Of a DNA stretch of 32,000 bases, positions 17,587-25,071 are shown piece after piece; within the stretch, counting starts at the first letter, position 1; each line of letters starts with the position of its first letter. The position numbers and the translations under genes are program-made. The stretch is from NCBI RefSeq assembly GCF_000023965.1, contig NC_013202.1:2670001-2702000 (forward strand), read 5' to 3'. Below the pieces are notes generated by a model, which did not search any database, was not told the DNA's origin, and saw nothing but the letters and a program-made list of their open reading frames with translations. This stretch comes from Halomicrobium mukohataei DSM 12286. GTDB lineage: Archaea > Halobacteriota > Halobacteria > Halobacteriales > Haloarculaceae.

Positions 17587-17817
17587 ATGAGCACCGTCGA
17601 AATCGAGTACTGCGTTCCGTGTGGCTTCCGGGAGCGAGCGATCGAGATGAGCGAGGCGATCCTCAACGGTTGTGAGCGAGAGCTGGACGAGCTGTCGCTG
17701 GTGATGGGCGACCACGGCGTGTTCCGGGTCAACGTCGACGGCGAGACGGTGTACGACAAAGCCGAGGACAGCGCCGAACTGGACGAGGTCGTTCGGACGG
17801 TTCGGTCGGCGCTGTGA
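17587..17817 (+). CDS. Rdx family (SelW/SelT/SelH-like) thioredoxin-fold CxxC protein
   Basis: 76 aa, MSTVEIEYCVPCGFRERAIEMSEAIL...GVFRVNVDGETVYDK. IEYCxxCG is the Rdx signature with Cys in place of Sec. Confidence 0.7.
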   Translation: MSTVEIEYCVPCGFRERAIEMSEAILNGCERELDELSLVMGDHGVFRVNVDGETVYDKAEDSAELDEVVRTVRSAL

Positions 17818-17846
17818 GCGGGGTGCGTGTCGCTTTCGGACCGGGG

Positions 17847-17931
17847 TATAGTAGCCATTGAAAATCAATGCACACCCGATCGCACGACAGCAGTGCGATC
17901 GGTGTGTGAATCGTTTCAATTGTTACTATAG
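17847..17931 (+). repeat. Nested-palindrome repeat, family 2, copy 2 (MITE-like)
   Basis: Direct copy of 16696..16780, offset 1151 bp. Mismatches correspond to 16712, 16713, 16757 and 16760. Confidence 0.9.
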
Positions 17932-17996
17932 CACACCGCGGCCGAGCGCGGTGGCGAGTCGAAGCGTCTTTCGGCGACACGACCGGACCACAGCGT

Positions 17997-18935
17997 ATGG
18001 ACGAGGTACTGGTCGCCGAAGACGTACGCCGCAGTTACGGGGACACGGTCGCGGTCGACGGCGTGTCGCTGTCGCTGGGTGCGGGAGAGGTGTTCGCGCT
18101 GGTCGGCCCCAACGGCGCTGGAAAGACGACGCTCGTGCGAGCGCTGACGGGGACGACCGACGCGGCGGGACGAGTCGAACTGTTCGGCCAGTCGCCGACG
18201 GCGATCGACAGAGCTCGGATCGGGCTGCTCCCACAGGACTTCACGCCACACGAGCGGCTCACGGCGACGGAGCTGGTCTCGTACTACGCCGGGCTCTACG
18301 ACGACGCTCGCTCCGTCGAGGACGTGCTCGCGGACGTGGGTCTCGAAGAGGATTCCGACACCTGGTACGAGGAACTGTCCGGCGGCCAGCGCCGACGGGC
18401 CTGCGTCGCGACGGCGCTGATCAACGACCCCGACCTGCTCGTGCTCGACGAGCCGACGACGGGGATCGATCCGGCCGGCCGGCGCTCGCTGTGGCGACTG
18501 CTCTCTGGACTGGCCGACCGCGGCGTGACGATCCTCGTGACGACCCACTACATGGAGGAAGCCCACCGGCTGGCCGATCGGGTCGGACTACTGGCCGACG
18601 GCTCTCTCGTCGCGGTCGACAGTCCCGAGGCGCTCGTCGCCGAGTACGGCGGACAGCGAACGCTCACGGTCGGCGGGACGTTCGACCCGTCGGTCGCACA
18701 GACGCTGGATCGACCGGTCGAGGTCGGCGAGGACCGGCTGGTCGTGTTCGACGTCGATCCCGCGGAGATCGGCGGCGTGGTCGCGACGCTCGACGGGGCC
18801 GGCGTCGAGTACGACGAACTCGCCTGGAGCGAGCCCGATCTGGAAGACGCCTATCTCGAACTGACCGGGGACGCCGTCGGTGCGGTCCAGGGCGGTGCGG
18901 GTCGTCCGGCGGCGGTCGGGGGTGAGCAGTCGTGA
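17997..18935 (+). CDS. ABC-2 type exporter ATP-binding protein (DrrA-like)
   Basis: Walker [10 protein letters not shown], signature LSGGQRRR, Walker B LLVLDEPTTGID. Confidence 0.9.
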   Translation: MDEVLVAEDVRRSYGDTVAVDGVSLSLGAGEVFALVGPNGAGKTTLVRALTGTTDAAGRVELFGQSPTAIDRARIGLLPQDFTPHERLTATELVSYYAGLYDDARSVEDVLADVGLEEDSDTWYEELSGGQRRRACVATALINDPDLLVLDEPTTGIDPAGRRSLWRLLSGLADRGVTILVTTHYMEEAHRLADRVGLLADGSLVAVDSPEALVAEYGGQRTLTVGGTFDPSVAQTLDRPVEVGEDRLVVFDVDPAEIGGVVATLDGAGVEYDELAWSEPDLEDAYLELTGDAVGAVQGGAGRPAAVGGEQS

Positions 18936-19690
18936 GCCGCGTCGGTCGGATCGGTGCGGAACTCACGGCCGCCCGGAAGGCCTTCCTGCGGCGACGGACG
19001 GCCGTCTTCTTTACGTTCTTTTTCCCCCTGTTGATCGTCGTGATCTTCGGGGCACTGGTCCAGACCAGACCCGGCGACGGCGGGCTGTTCACCGAGTCCC
19101 CGGCCTTCTACGTACCGGGCTATCTCGCGGTCGTCGTCCTCTTTACCCCGCTGTCTCGCGTCGGCAGCGAGGTCGCTCGGCACCGCGACGGCAACCGCTT
19201 CGAGAAGCTCGCGACGACGCCGCTGACCCGCCCGGAGTGGCTGGTCGGTCAGACCCTCGTCAACGTTGGCGTCATCGGCCTCGCCAGTCTGCTCGTGCTG
19301 GGTGTGATGGTGCTGTTGACCGGCGCGTCGATCGTGGTGACCCCGGCGACGGTCGTGCTCACGGCGCTGTTCGTCGCGGTCGGCGTGGCGCTGTTCTGTG
19401 GCGTCGGCGCGTTGCTGGGGAGCTACGCCGACTCACAGGACGGCGTCATCGCGGCCTCCAACGGGATCGCGCTCCCGCTGCTGTTCCTCTCGGAGACGTT
19501 CGTCCCGACGAGCCTGCTGCCGGGGTGGCTGCCGACGTGGCTCTCGCCGCTGACGTACTTCTCGCGGGGCGTCCGTGCGGTCGCGACGCGGGGCGACGTG
19601 GCCGGCGGCGTCGAACACCTCGCGGTGCTGACGGTCGTCGGTGTCGTGGTCTTCTTCGCCGGTGCGCTCGCGCTCCCTCGGACGGACTGA
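18932..19690 (+). CDS. ABC-2 type exporter permease
   Basis: 252 aa, 6 hydrophobic helices. GTGA overlap with the ATPase gene. Confidence 0.8.
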   Translation: MSRVGRIGAELTAARKAFLRRRTAVFFTFFFPLLIVVIFGALVQTRPGDGGLFTESPAFYVPGYLAVVVLFTPLSRVGSEVARHRDGNRFEKLATTPLTRPEWLVGQTLVNVGVIGLASLLVLGVMVLLTGASIVVTPATVVLTALFVAVGVALFCGVGALLGSYADSQDGVIAASNGIALPLLFLSETFVPTSLLPGWLPTWLSPLTYFSRGVRAVATRGDVAGGVEHLAVLTVVGVVVFFAGALALPRTD

Positions 19691-19770
19691 TACGGAACGT
19701 TGTCGTTCCGTACCGGTGAGCGTCTACCCCGTGGCGACGCTCACCGGTACATTCCTACAACCGTCCGTAT
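19690..19770 (-). repeat. Nested-palindrome repeat, family 1, copy B (inverted relative to copy A)
   Basis: Its reverse complement matches 5160..5240 at 76/81 positions. The loop reads TACCCCGTGGC, the reverse complement of the copy A loop. Abuts the permease stop codon (19688..19690). Confidence 0.85.
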
Positions 19771-19799
19771 GACCGGAACGGGCCGACGCCGCCGGGACA

Positions 19800-20378
19800 C
19801 TACCGCGGTTGCCACATGTAGATGTGGTTCAACATGACGTAGGTCACCAGGCCGAGAAAGAGGCTCAGCGACCACGCGGCGGCCGCGATACGTCCCACGC
19901 GGGCGTGGATCGTCTCTCGGAGCTCTGCCGGCGAGTGAGTCAGGCCGAGCACGACGGCGTGTAACACGACCGGGACCGAGACGGCCGACAGGAGGATGTG
20001 GACGGCGAGCATCGCGATGTAGGCACCCCAGACGACCCCCTCGGCGAGGATCTCCTTCTCGAAGCCCGCCCCGACCTTCGTGAGATAGAGCACGAGAAAG
20101 AGCATGATGAGCCCGAAGGCGGTGAGCATCGCCGCCCGGTGTTTCCGGACCGCGTCGTTCCTGATAAAGTAGACGCCCGCCAGGATCGAACAGAGCGCGA
20201 AGAAGTTGACGACGGCGATGGCGTCCCCGAGCAAGATGACCGCGTCCGTCGAGATCTCGGGCAGGGGGAGCGTTCCGGTGAACGCGCCAGCGACCAGTGC
20301 GTATCCGATCAGCGACAGGACGGCCGTGACCACACGCGGTCGAGCACGAGCACGCGACTGGAGTTGTGGGACTGCCAT
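19800..20378 (-). CDS. DUF420-like membrane protein (family often linked to heme-copper oxidases)
   Basis: 192 aa, 4-5 helices, pattern VNFFALCSILAGVYFIRN..HRAAML...HILLSAVSVPVVL. Confidence 0.6.
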   Translation of the reverse strand: MAVPQLQSRARARPRVVTAVLSLIGYALVAGAFTGTLPLPEISTDAVILLGDAIAVVNFFALCSILAGVYFIRNDAVRKHRAAMLTAFGLIMLFLVLYLTKVGAGFEKEILAEGVVWGAYIAMLAVHILLSAVSVPVVLHAVVLGLTHSPAELRETIHARVGRIAAAAWSLSLFLGLVTYVMLNHIYMWQPR

Positions 20379-20482
20379 TGTTCGATCTCGGTCCCGCAGC
20401 GTGTTTGTGCTTTCCGGTCGCCCCGGACCGGCGGGTGCCAGCCACCGTCAGAGTGAAACCGGTCGGCGTGGTAGGACCTGTC

Positions 20483-20911
20483 ATGAGTGCGGACCAGCAA
20501 ACGGAGGGGCAACGCATCCGCTGTCTCGTCGCCAAGGTCGGACTCGACGGCCACGATCGAGGCGCACACGTGATATCGCGGGCGTTCCGCGACGCCGGCT
20601 TCGAAGTGATCTACTCCGGGCTCCACCGAGCCCCCGAGGAGGTCGTCCAGGCGGCCGTACAGGAGGACGTAGACGTGCTCGGCATCTCGATTCTCTCGGG
20701 TGCGCACAACACGCTGGTCCCACAGATCCTCGACGGGCTCAAAGAGTACGGCGCGTTCGAGGACACGCTCGTCATCGTCGGCGGGATCGTCCCCGACGAC
20801 GACAAAGCCGAACTGCGCGACCTGGGCGTCGCCGAGATCTTCGGTCCGGGCGCGTCGATGGACGAGATGATCGAGTACGTTCGCGAGCACGCGCCCGACC
20901 GCGAGCGATGA
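20483..20911 (+). CDS. Methylmalonyl-CoA mutase, B12-binding (C-terminal domain) subunit
   Basis: Track ORF 20366..20911, trimmed to ATG 20483. DxHxxG motif VGLDGHDRGAHV, and GISILSGAH. Confidence 0.9.
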   Translation: MSADQQTEGQRIRCLVAKVGLDGHDRGAHVISRAFRDAGFEVIYSGLHRAPEEVVQAAVQEDVDVLGISILSGAHNTLVPQILDGLKEYGAFEDTLVIVGGIVPDDDKAELRDLGVAEIFGPGASMDEMIEYVREHAPDRER

Positions 20912-21888
20912 GCGACCTCGTCGAAGATCTGCTCGCGGGCGAGCACCGGGCGCTGGCGAGAGTGATCAGCAAGATCGAGGACCGCTCGCCGGGGTACCGC
21001 GAGATCGTCTCCGAACTGCACCGCCACACCGGATCGGCCGACGTGATCGGCGTCACCGGCTCGCCCGGCGCGGGCAAGTCGACGCTGGTCGACAAAGTCG
21101 CAGCGACCTACCGGGAGCGTGGCGAGACCGTCGGCGTCATCGCGATCGACCCCTCCTCGCCGTTTACCGGCGGGGCCGTGCTGGGCGACCGCATCCGAAT
21201 GGGCTCGAACGCCGGGGACATGGACGTGTTCTTCCGGTCGATGTCCGCACGCGGGTCGCTCGGCGGGCTGTCGACGGCGACGACCGACGCGGTCACCGCG
21301 CTCGATGCCTTCGGCAAGGACAGGGTCATCATCGAGACCGTCGGTGCCGGGCAAAACGAGATCGACATCGTCAGAACGGCAGACACCGTCGCAGTGCTGG
21401 TCCCGCCCGACAGCGGCGACGACGTGCAGATGCTCAAAGCGGGCATTCTGGAGATCGCCGACCTGTTCGCGGTCAACAAGGCCGACCTCGACGGGGCGAA
21501 CCGGACCGTCCAGCAGCTCAAAGAGATGCTCCACTACGGCCAGGGGCGGGCCGGGAGCGACGCAGACGACTGGGAGCCGCCGGTGATCGAGACGATCGCC
21601 GACAGCGGCGAGGGCGTCGAGGAGTTCATGGCGGCGGTCGACGACCACCTCGACTACCTCGACGCGTCGGGCCAGCGCGAGGCGAAGCAGCGCTCTCGCT
21701 ACGCCGCCGAGATCCGGGCGCTGGTGCGGGCAGACACCAACGACCTGCTCGAAGCCGAGCTGGCCCAGCGCGGCGGGATCGAGGCGTACGTCGACGAGAT
21801 CGTGGCCCGCGAGTCCGACCCGTACACCGTCACCGAGGAGATCGTCGCGCCGCTCAGAGAGTGTCTCGACGCGCCCAGTCAGGACTGA
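20908..21888 (+). CDS. meaB: Methylmalonyl-CoA mutase accessory GTPase MeaB/ArgK
   Basis: Track ORF 20206..21888, trimmed to ATG 20908 (ATGA overlap with the previous gene). P-loop GSPGAGKST, IETVGAGQNE, NKAD. Confidence 0.9.
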   Translation: MSDLVEDLLAGEHRALARVISKIEDRSPGYREIVSELHRHTGSADVIGVTGSPGAGKSTLVDKVAATYRERGETVGVIAIDPSSPFTGGAVLGDRIRMGSNAGDMDVFFRSMSARGSLGGLSTATTDAVTALDAFGKDRVIIETVGAGQNEIDIVRTADTVAVLVPPDSGDDVQMLKAGILEIADLFAVNKADLDGANRTVQQLKEMLHYGQGRAGSDADDWEPPVIETIADSGEGVEEFMAAVDDHLDYLDASGQREAKQRSRYAAEIRALVRADTNDLLEAELAQRGGIEAYVDEIVARESDPYTVTEEIVAPLRECLDAPSQD

Positions 21889-21920
21889 CCCACCGCCGCG
21901 GGTCGCGGTTCGGGCAGTGA

Positions 21921-21928
21921 TTATTTAT
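21921..21928 (+). promoter_or_regulatory. TATA-box-like TTATTTAT about 27 nt upstream of ATG 21952
   Basis: AT-rich octamer at canonical spacing for a leaderless archaeal promoter. Confidence 0.4.
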
Positions 21929-21951
21929 CCGACAGGCACTTGCATTGAGAT

Positions 21952-22887
21952 ATGAAACTCCGGAACCTCCTGGGAGTCGCTGCGGGCACGGTCGGGCTGA
22001 CGGCGGTCGCGAACCGATTGCTGGCGGCGCGGGCCGACGAGTTCGAACCGCTGCTCTCGGGTACACAGCGGACCTACCGCTGGCGCGGGTTCGACGTGGC
22101 CTACACCGAGGCCGGGGATCCGTCCGATCCGGACCTCGTCCTGTTGCACGGCATCAACGCCGCCGCGTCGAGCCACGAGTTCCACGCCGTCTTCGAGGAC
22201 CTGGCCGAGGACTACCACGTCCTGGCACCAGACCTGCCGGGCTTCGGTCACTCCGACCGGCCGCCGCTGCTGTACTCCTCGTCGCTACTGACGACGTTCG
22301 TCACGGACTTTCTGGCCGACAACACTACCGACGCCACCGTCGTCGCGTCGTCGTTGACCGGCTCCTACGCCGCTCTGGCGGCACGGGACGTGGACGTAGC
22401 GCACCTCGTGCTGATCAGTCCCACCGCCACGTCGATGGGCGGACGCCAGACGTGGCTGCGCTCGCTGTTGCGCTCGCCGATACTCGGACAGGGGATCTAC
22501 AACCTCGTCGTCAGCAAGCCCTCGCTACGGTACTTCCACGACGACCACGGGTACTACGACGTGGACAACCTCGACGAGGAGATCGTCGACTACGAGTGGC
22601 AGTCGGGCCACCAGCCCGGCGCTCGATTCGCCCCCGCGTCGTTCGTGAGCGGGTTCCTCGACAGCGAGATCGACCTGTCGGCAGAGCTGGCTGCCCTCGA
22701 CGTGCCGGTGACACTCGTCTGGGGACGGGACGCCGACATCACGCCCCTCTCGGAGGGCCGAGAGCTGGCAGACGAGGCCGACGCCCGGCTGGTCGTCTTC
22801 GACGACGCGTTGCTCGTCCCCCACGCGGAACACCCCGACCAGTTCGTCGACGTGGTTCGGGGCGAGTACGACGAAGCCGTCGCGTGA
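21952..22887 (+). CDS. Alpha/beta-fold hydrolase
   Basis: 311 aa. HG oxyanion motif VLLHGINAA, nucleophile elbow-like ASSLTGSY, C-terminal His (PHAEHPD). Confidence 0.8.
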   Translation: MKLRNLLGVAAGTVGLTAVANRLLAARADEFEPLLSGTQRTYRWRGFDVAYTEAGDPSDPDLVLLHGINAAASSHEFHAVFEDLAEDYHVLAPDLPGFGHSDRPPLLYSSSLLTTFVTDFLADNTTDATVVASSLTGSYAALAARDVDVAHLVLISPTATSMGGRQTWLRSLLRSPILGQGIYNLVVSKPSLRYFHDDHGYYDVDNLDEEIVDYEWQSGHQPGARFAPASFVSGFLDSEIDLSAELAALDVPVTLVWGRDADITPLSEGRELADEADARLVVFDDALLVPHAEHPDQFVDVVRGEYDEAVA

Positions 22888-22888
22888 G

Positions 22889-23275
22889 CTATCGCGGCCG
22901 GAAGACGACGGCCTGCTCGCCGGTCGTCTCCCGCTCGCCGATCTCGATCCCGACGGTCGTCCCGATTTCGACGGCGTCGGGTTCGACCCCGCGGACGAGG
23001 CCGGTGATCGAGACGGGTCCGAAGTCCGCGATCGCAGTGACGTAGGGCGCGTCGTCCTCGAACTGCGGCGTGGCGACGTGGACGGCCGTGTGGGTCGCGA
23101 TCGTTCCCGCGTCGGGGAGCGTCTCTCGGGACAGTTCGCGCGAGCCACAGTCGGGACAGACCCGGCGGGGCGGCAGCCAGCCGTGGCCGTTCTCGCAGCC
23201 GAGGTAGTAGGGATCGCCCGTCGCGAGCGCGTCCAGCCAGTCGTCGAACGCGCCGTCGCGTGCGCGGTCGGTCAT
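22889..23275 (-). CDS. Zn-ribbon/OB-fold protein (DUF35), thiolase partner
   Basis: Track ORF 22889..23443, trimmed to ATG 23275 (MTDRARDGAFDDWL). CPDCGS zinc-ribbon element followed by an OB-like region. Directly downstream of the thiolase. Confidence 0.8.
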   Translation of the reverse strand: MTDRARDGAFDDWLDALATGDPYYLGCENGHGWLPPRRVCPDCGSRELSRETLPDAGTIATHTAVHVATPQFEDDAPYVTAIADFGPVSITGLVRGVEPDAVEIGTTVGIEIGERETTGEQAVVFRPR

Positions 23276-23289
23276 TCGCCCACCTCCAG
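23272..23289. repeat. 18-bp perfect direct repeat TCATTCGCCCACCTCCAG, copy 1
   Basis: Identical to 23394..23411. Contains the stop/start overlap (TCAT = ATGA on the coding strand). Confidence 0.95.
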
Positions 23290-23397
23290 ACCCGCGGTCT
23301 GTCGGTTGCCCGCTCGCTCGCCCCGCTCGCTCGCGGGACCGCCGGGAGAGCAGCGCACTCCCGAGGCGGGCGCATTCGCGCCACGTCGTTCGCTCAT
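23272..23397 (-). CDS. 41-codon ORF created by the 122-bp insertion; coding status doubtful
   Basis: MSERRGANAPASGVRCSPGGPASERGERAGNRQTAGLEVGE. Its ATG overlaps the thiolase stop (ATGA) and its stop overlaps the DUF35 ATG (ATGA). No recognisable domain. Confidence 0.2.
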   Translation of the reverse strand: MSERRGANAPASGVRCSPGGPASERGERAGNRQTAGLEVGE

Positions 23398-23411
23398 TCG
23401 CCCACCTCCAG
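23394..23411. repeat. 18-bp perfect direct repeat TCATTCGCCCACCTCCAG, copy 2
   Basis: Encodes the thiolase C-terminus LEVGE plus its stop on the minus strand. Confidence 0.95.
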
Positions 23412-24560
23412 TACGTGGACCGTCGTGCTCGCGACCGTCCCACCGGCGTTGTGGGCGACGCCGACGGTGGCGTCTGGCACCGCGTCGGCGCGGGGATGGG
23501 AGCCGTCGAGGACCCACGCGATCGTCGCGAGCTGTGCGACGCCGGTCGCGCCGACCGGGTGCCCCTTCGCTTTCAGTCCGCCCGAGAGGTTCACCGGCAA
23601 CTCGCCGTGGCGAGTCGTCGTCCCGTCGCGGGCGGCCGTGATGGCCTCGCCGCGCTCGAACAGCGCCAGCGACTCCAGTGCGAGCACCTCGGCGATCGTG
23701 AAACAGTCGTGTACCTCCGCCACGTCGACGGCGTCTGCCCCGATCCCGGCGTCGTCGTAGGCCTCTCGTGCGGCCTTGTCGGCGGCAGGGGTCTGTGCGT
23801 AGTGAGCGCGGTCCTGGAGCGCGAGGTTGTCGCCGCCCTGTCCGGTCCCCGAGATCCGGACCGGCGCGTCGAGGTCGTGCTCGGCGGCGTAGGCCTCGCT
23901 GGTGACGATCGCCGCCGCAGCGCCGTCGGTGATCGGACAGGCGTCGTACAGTCCGAGGGGCTCGGCGACCATCGGGGCCTCCAGTGCGTCGGCGACGCTG
24001 ATCTCCTTCTGTAGCTGGGCGTGGTCGTTGACCAGCGCGTGCTCGTGGTTCTTGACCGCGACGTGTGCGAGGTCCTCCCGAGAGCCGCCGTACTCCTCGA
24101 AGTACGAGCGCGCCATGAGCGCGTACGCTCCGGGGAAGGTCATGCCGGCCCGAATCTCGTAGAGGTCGTCGGCCGCGATCGAGAGGGCGTCGGTCGCCCC
24201 GGCGGTCCCGATGTTGGTCATGCGTTCGGCACCGCCGACCATGACCACGTCGGCCTCGCCCGATCGGATCGCCTGGACGGCGCTCCGTATCGCCGCGCCG
24301 GCAGAGGCACAGGCGGCCTCGTAGCGCGTCGCGGGCGCGTCGACACCGACCATCTCGGCCATCAGCGGCCCCTGATGGCCCTGGTGTTCGGCGAGCTCGC
24401 CCATGAAGTTCCCGTAGTACAGTGCCTCGACGTCCGCGGCCGGGACGCCGGACTGGTCGAGCGCCTCCAGCCCGGCCTCCGCGAAGAGGTCACGGCCAGT
24501 GCGTTCGGGGTAGCTCCCGAACGTCGTGACGCCGGCCCCGGCAACGCGTGGGTCAGTCAT
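23394..24560 (-). CDS. Thiolase (acetyl-CoA C-acetyltransferase, archaeal type)
   Basis: 388 aa. Active-site Cys region YEAACASAGAAI, C-terminal GHPVGATG and VAHNAGGT motifs. Confidence 0.9.
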   Translation of the reverse strand: MTDPRVAGAGVTTFGSYPERTGRDLFAEAGLEALDQSGVPAADVEALYYGNFMGELAEHQGHQGPLMAEMVGVDAPATRYEAACASAGAAIRSAVQAIRSGEADVVMVGGAERMTNIGTAGATDALSIAADDLYEIRAGMTFPGAYALMARSYFEEYGGSREDLAHVAVKNHEHALVNDHAQLQKEISVADALEAPMVAEPLGLYDACPITDGAAAAIVTSEAYAAEHDLDAPVRISGTGQGGDNLALQDRAHYAQTPAADKAAREAYDDAGIGADAVDVAEVHDCFTIAEVLALESLALFERGEAITAARDGTTTRHGELPVNLSGGLKAKGHPVGATGVAQLATIAWVLDGSHPRADAVPDATVGVAHNAGGTVASTTVHVLEVGE

Positions 24561-24613
24561 TAGCCGATTGATCGGTCTCGGTAGTTAAATGCCTGCCGCC
24601 CGTGTGACCACTT

Positions 24614-24704
24614 GCCACGAAATCGCCCGGTCAGAATCGCAATACGGCGCTATTTCTACCGGTCGTTCGATACATTCCTTCGTGGCGATTTACGACCTTC
24701 GTGG
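24614..24704. promoter_or_regulatory. Cluster of three (G/C)CCACGAA motifs upstream of the thiolase (one forward, two inverted); candidate operator
   Basis: GCCACGAA at 24614..24621. CCTTCGTGG at 24677..24685 and again at 24696..24704 (19-nt spacing). AAATCGCC is also shared between the arms. Confidence 0.25.
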
Positions 24705-24737
24705 GCAACAGGCCGGCAGCGAGCGGACGGTCGCGCC

Positions 24738-24935
24738 TCACTCGACGATCTCGGCGATCTGGCGTGGCTCGCCCGAGAGGGAGGGCTCGGGTTCGACGAT
24801 CTTGAGCACCTCGTGGTCGGTCACGTCCGGGTAGGACTTCCCGACCGCGTCCTCGATCAACGCCTTCTCCAGTCGAAATTCGGTTCCGTCGTACACCACG
24901 TCGACACCCTGCTCGTCGAACGAAAGAACGGTCAT
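24738..24935 (-). CDS. Small acidic hypothetical protein (65 aa)
   Basis: Track ORF 24738..24962 starts at TTG. I prefer ATG 24935: MTVLSFDEQGVDVVYDGTEFRLEKALIEDAVGKSYPDVTDHEVLKIVEPE... Confidence 0.45.
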   Translation of the reverse strand: MTVLSFDEQGVDVVYDGTEFRLEKALIEDAVGKSYPDVTDHEVLKIVEPEPSLSGEPRQIAEIVE

Positions 24936-25041
24936 GCTCGCCGGTACGCGCAGGACGAACAAAAAGGGTTGCAGACGGCGACGACCGACGAGGCCGTGGC
25001 GTCAGACGCACGTCGGACGCTCGTCATCCACAGCATGAGGC

Positions 25042-25047
25042 TTTAAG
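25042..25047 (+). promoter_or_regulatory. TATA-like TTTAAG about 27 nt upstream of GTG 25072
   Basis: Spacing consistent with a leaderless transcript for the bactofilin-like gene. Confidence 0.3.
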
Positions 25048-25071
25048 ACCGCAGAAAGCCGTATTGTACGC

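Noticed and set aside
5160-19770. Family-1 repeats as boundaries of a genomic island or provirus
   Set aside because: The interior consists of core genes (srp19, gar1, cox/cta, btu). It has no integrase, tRNA or att-like features, and its GC content looks native.
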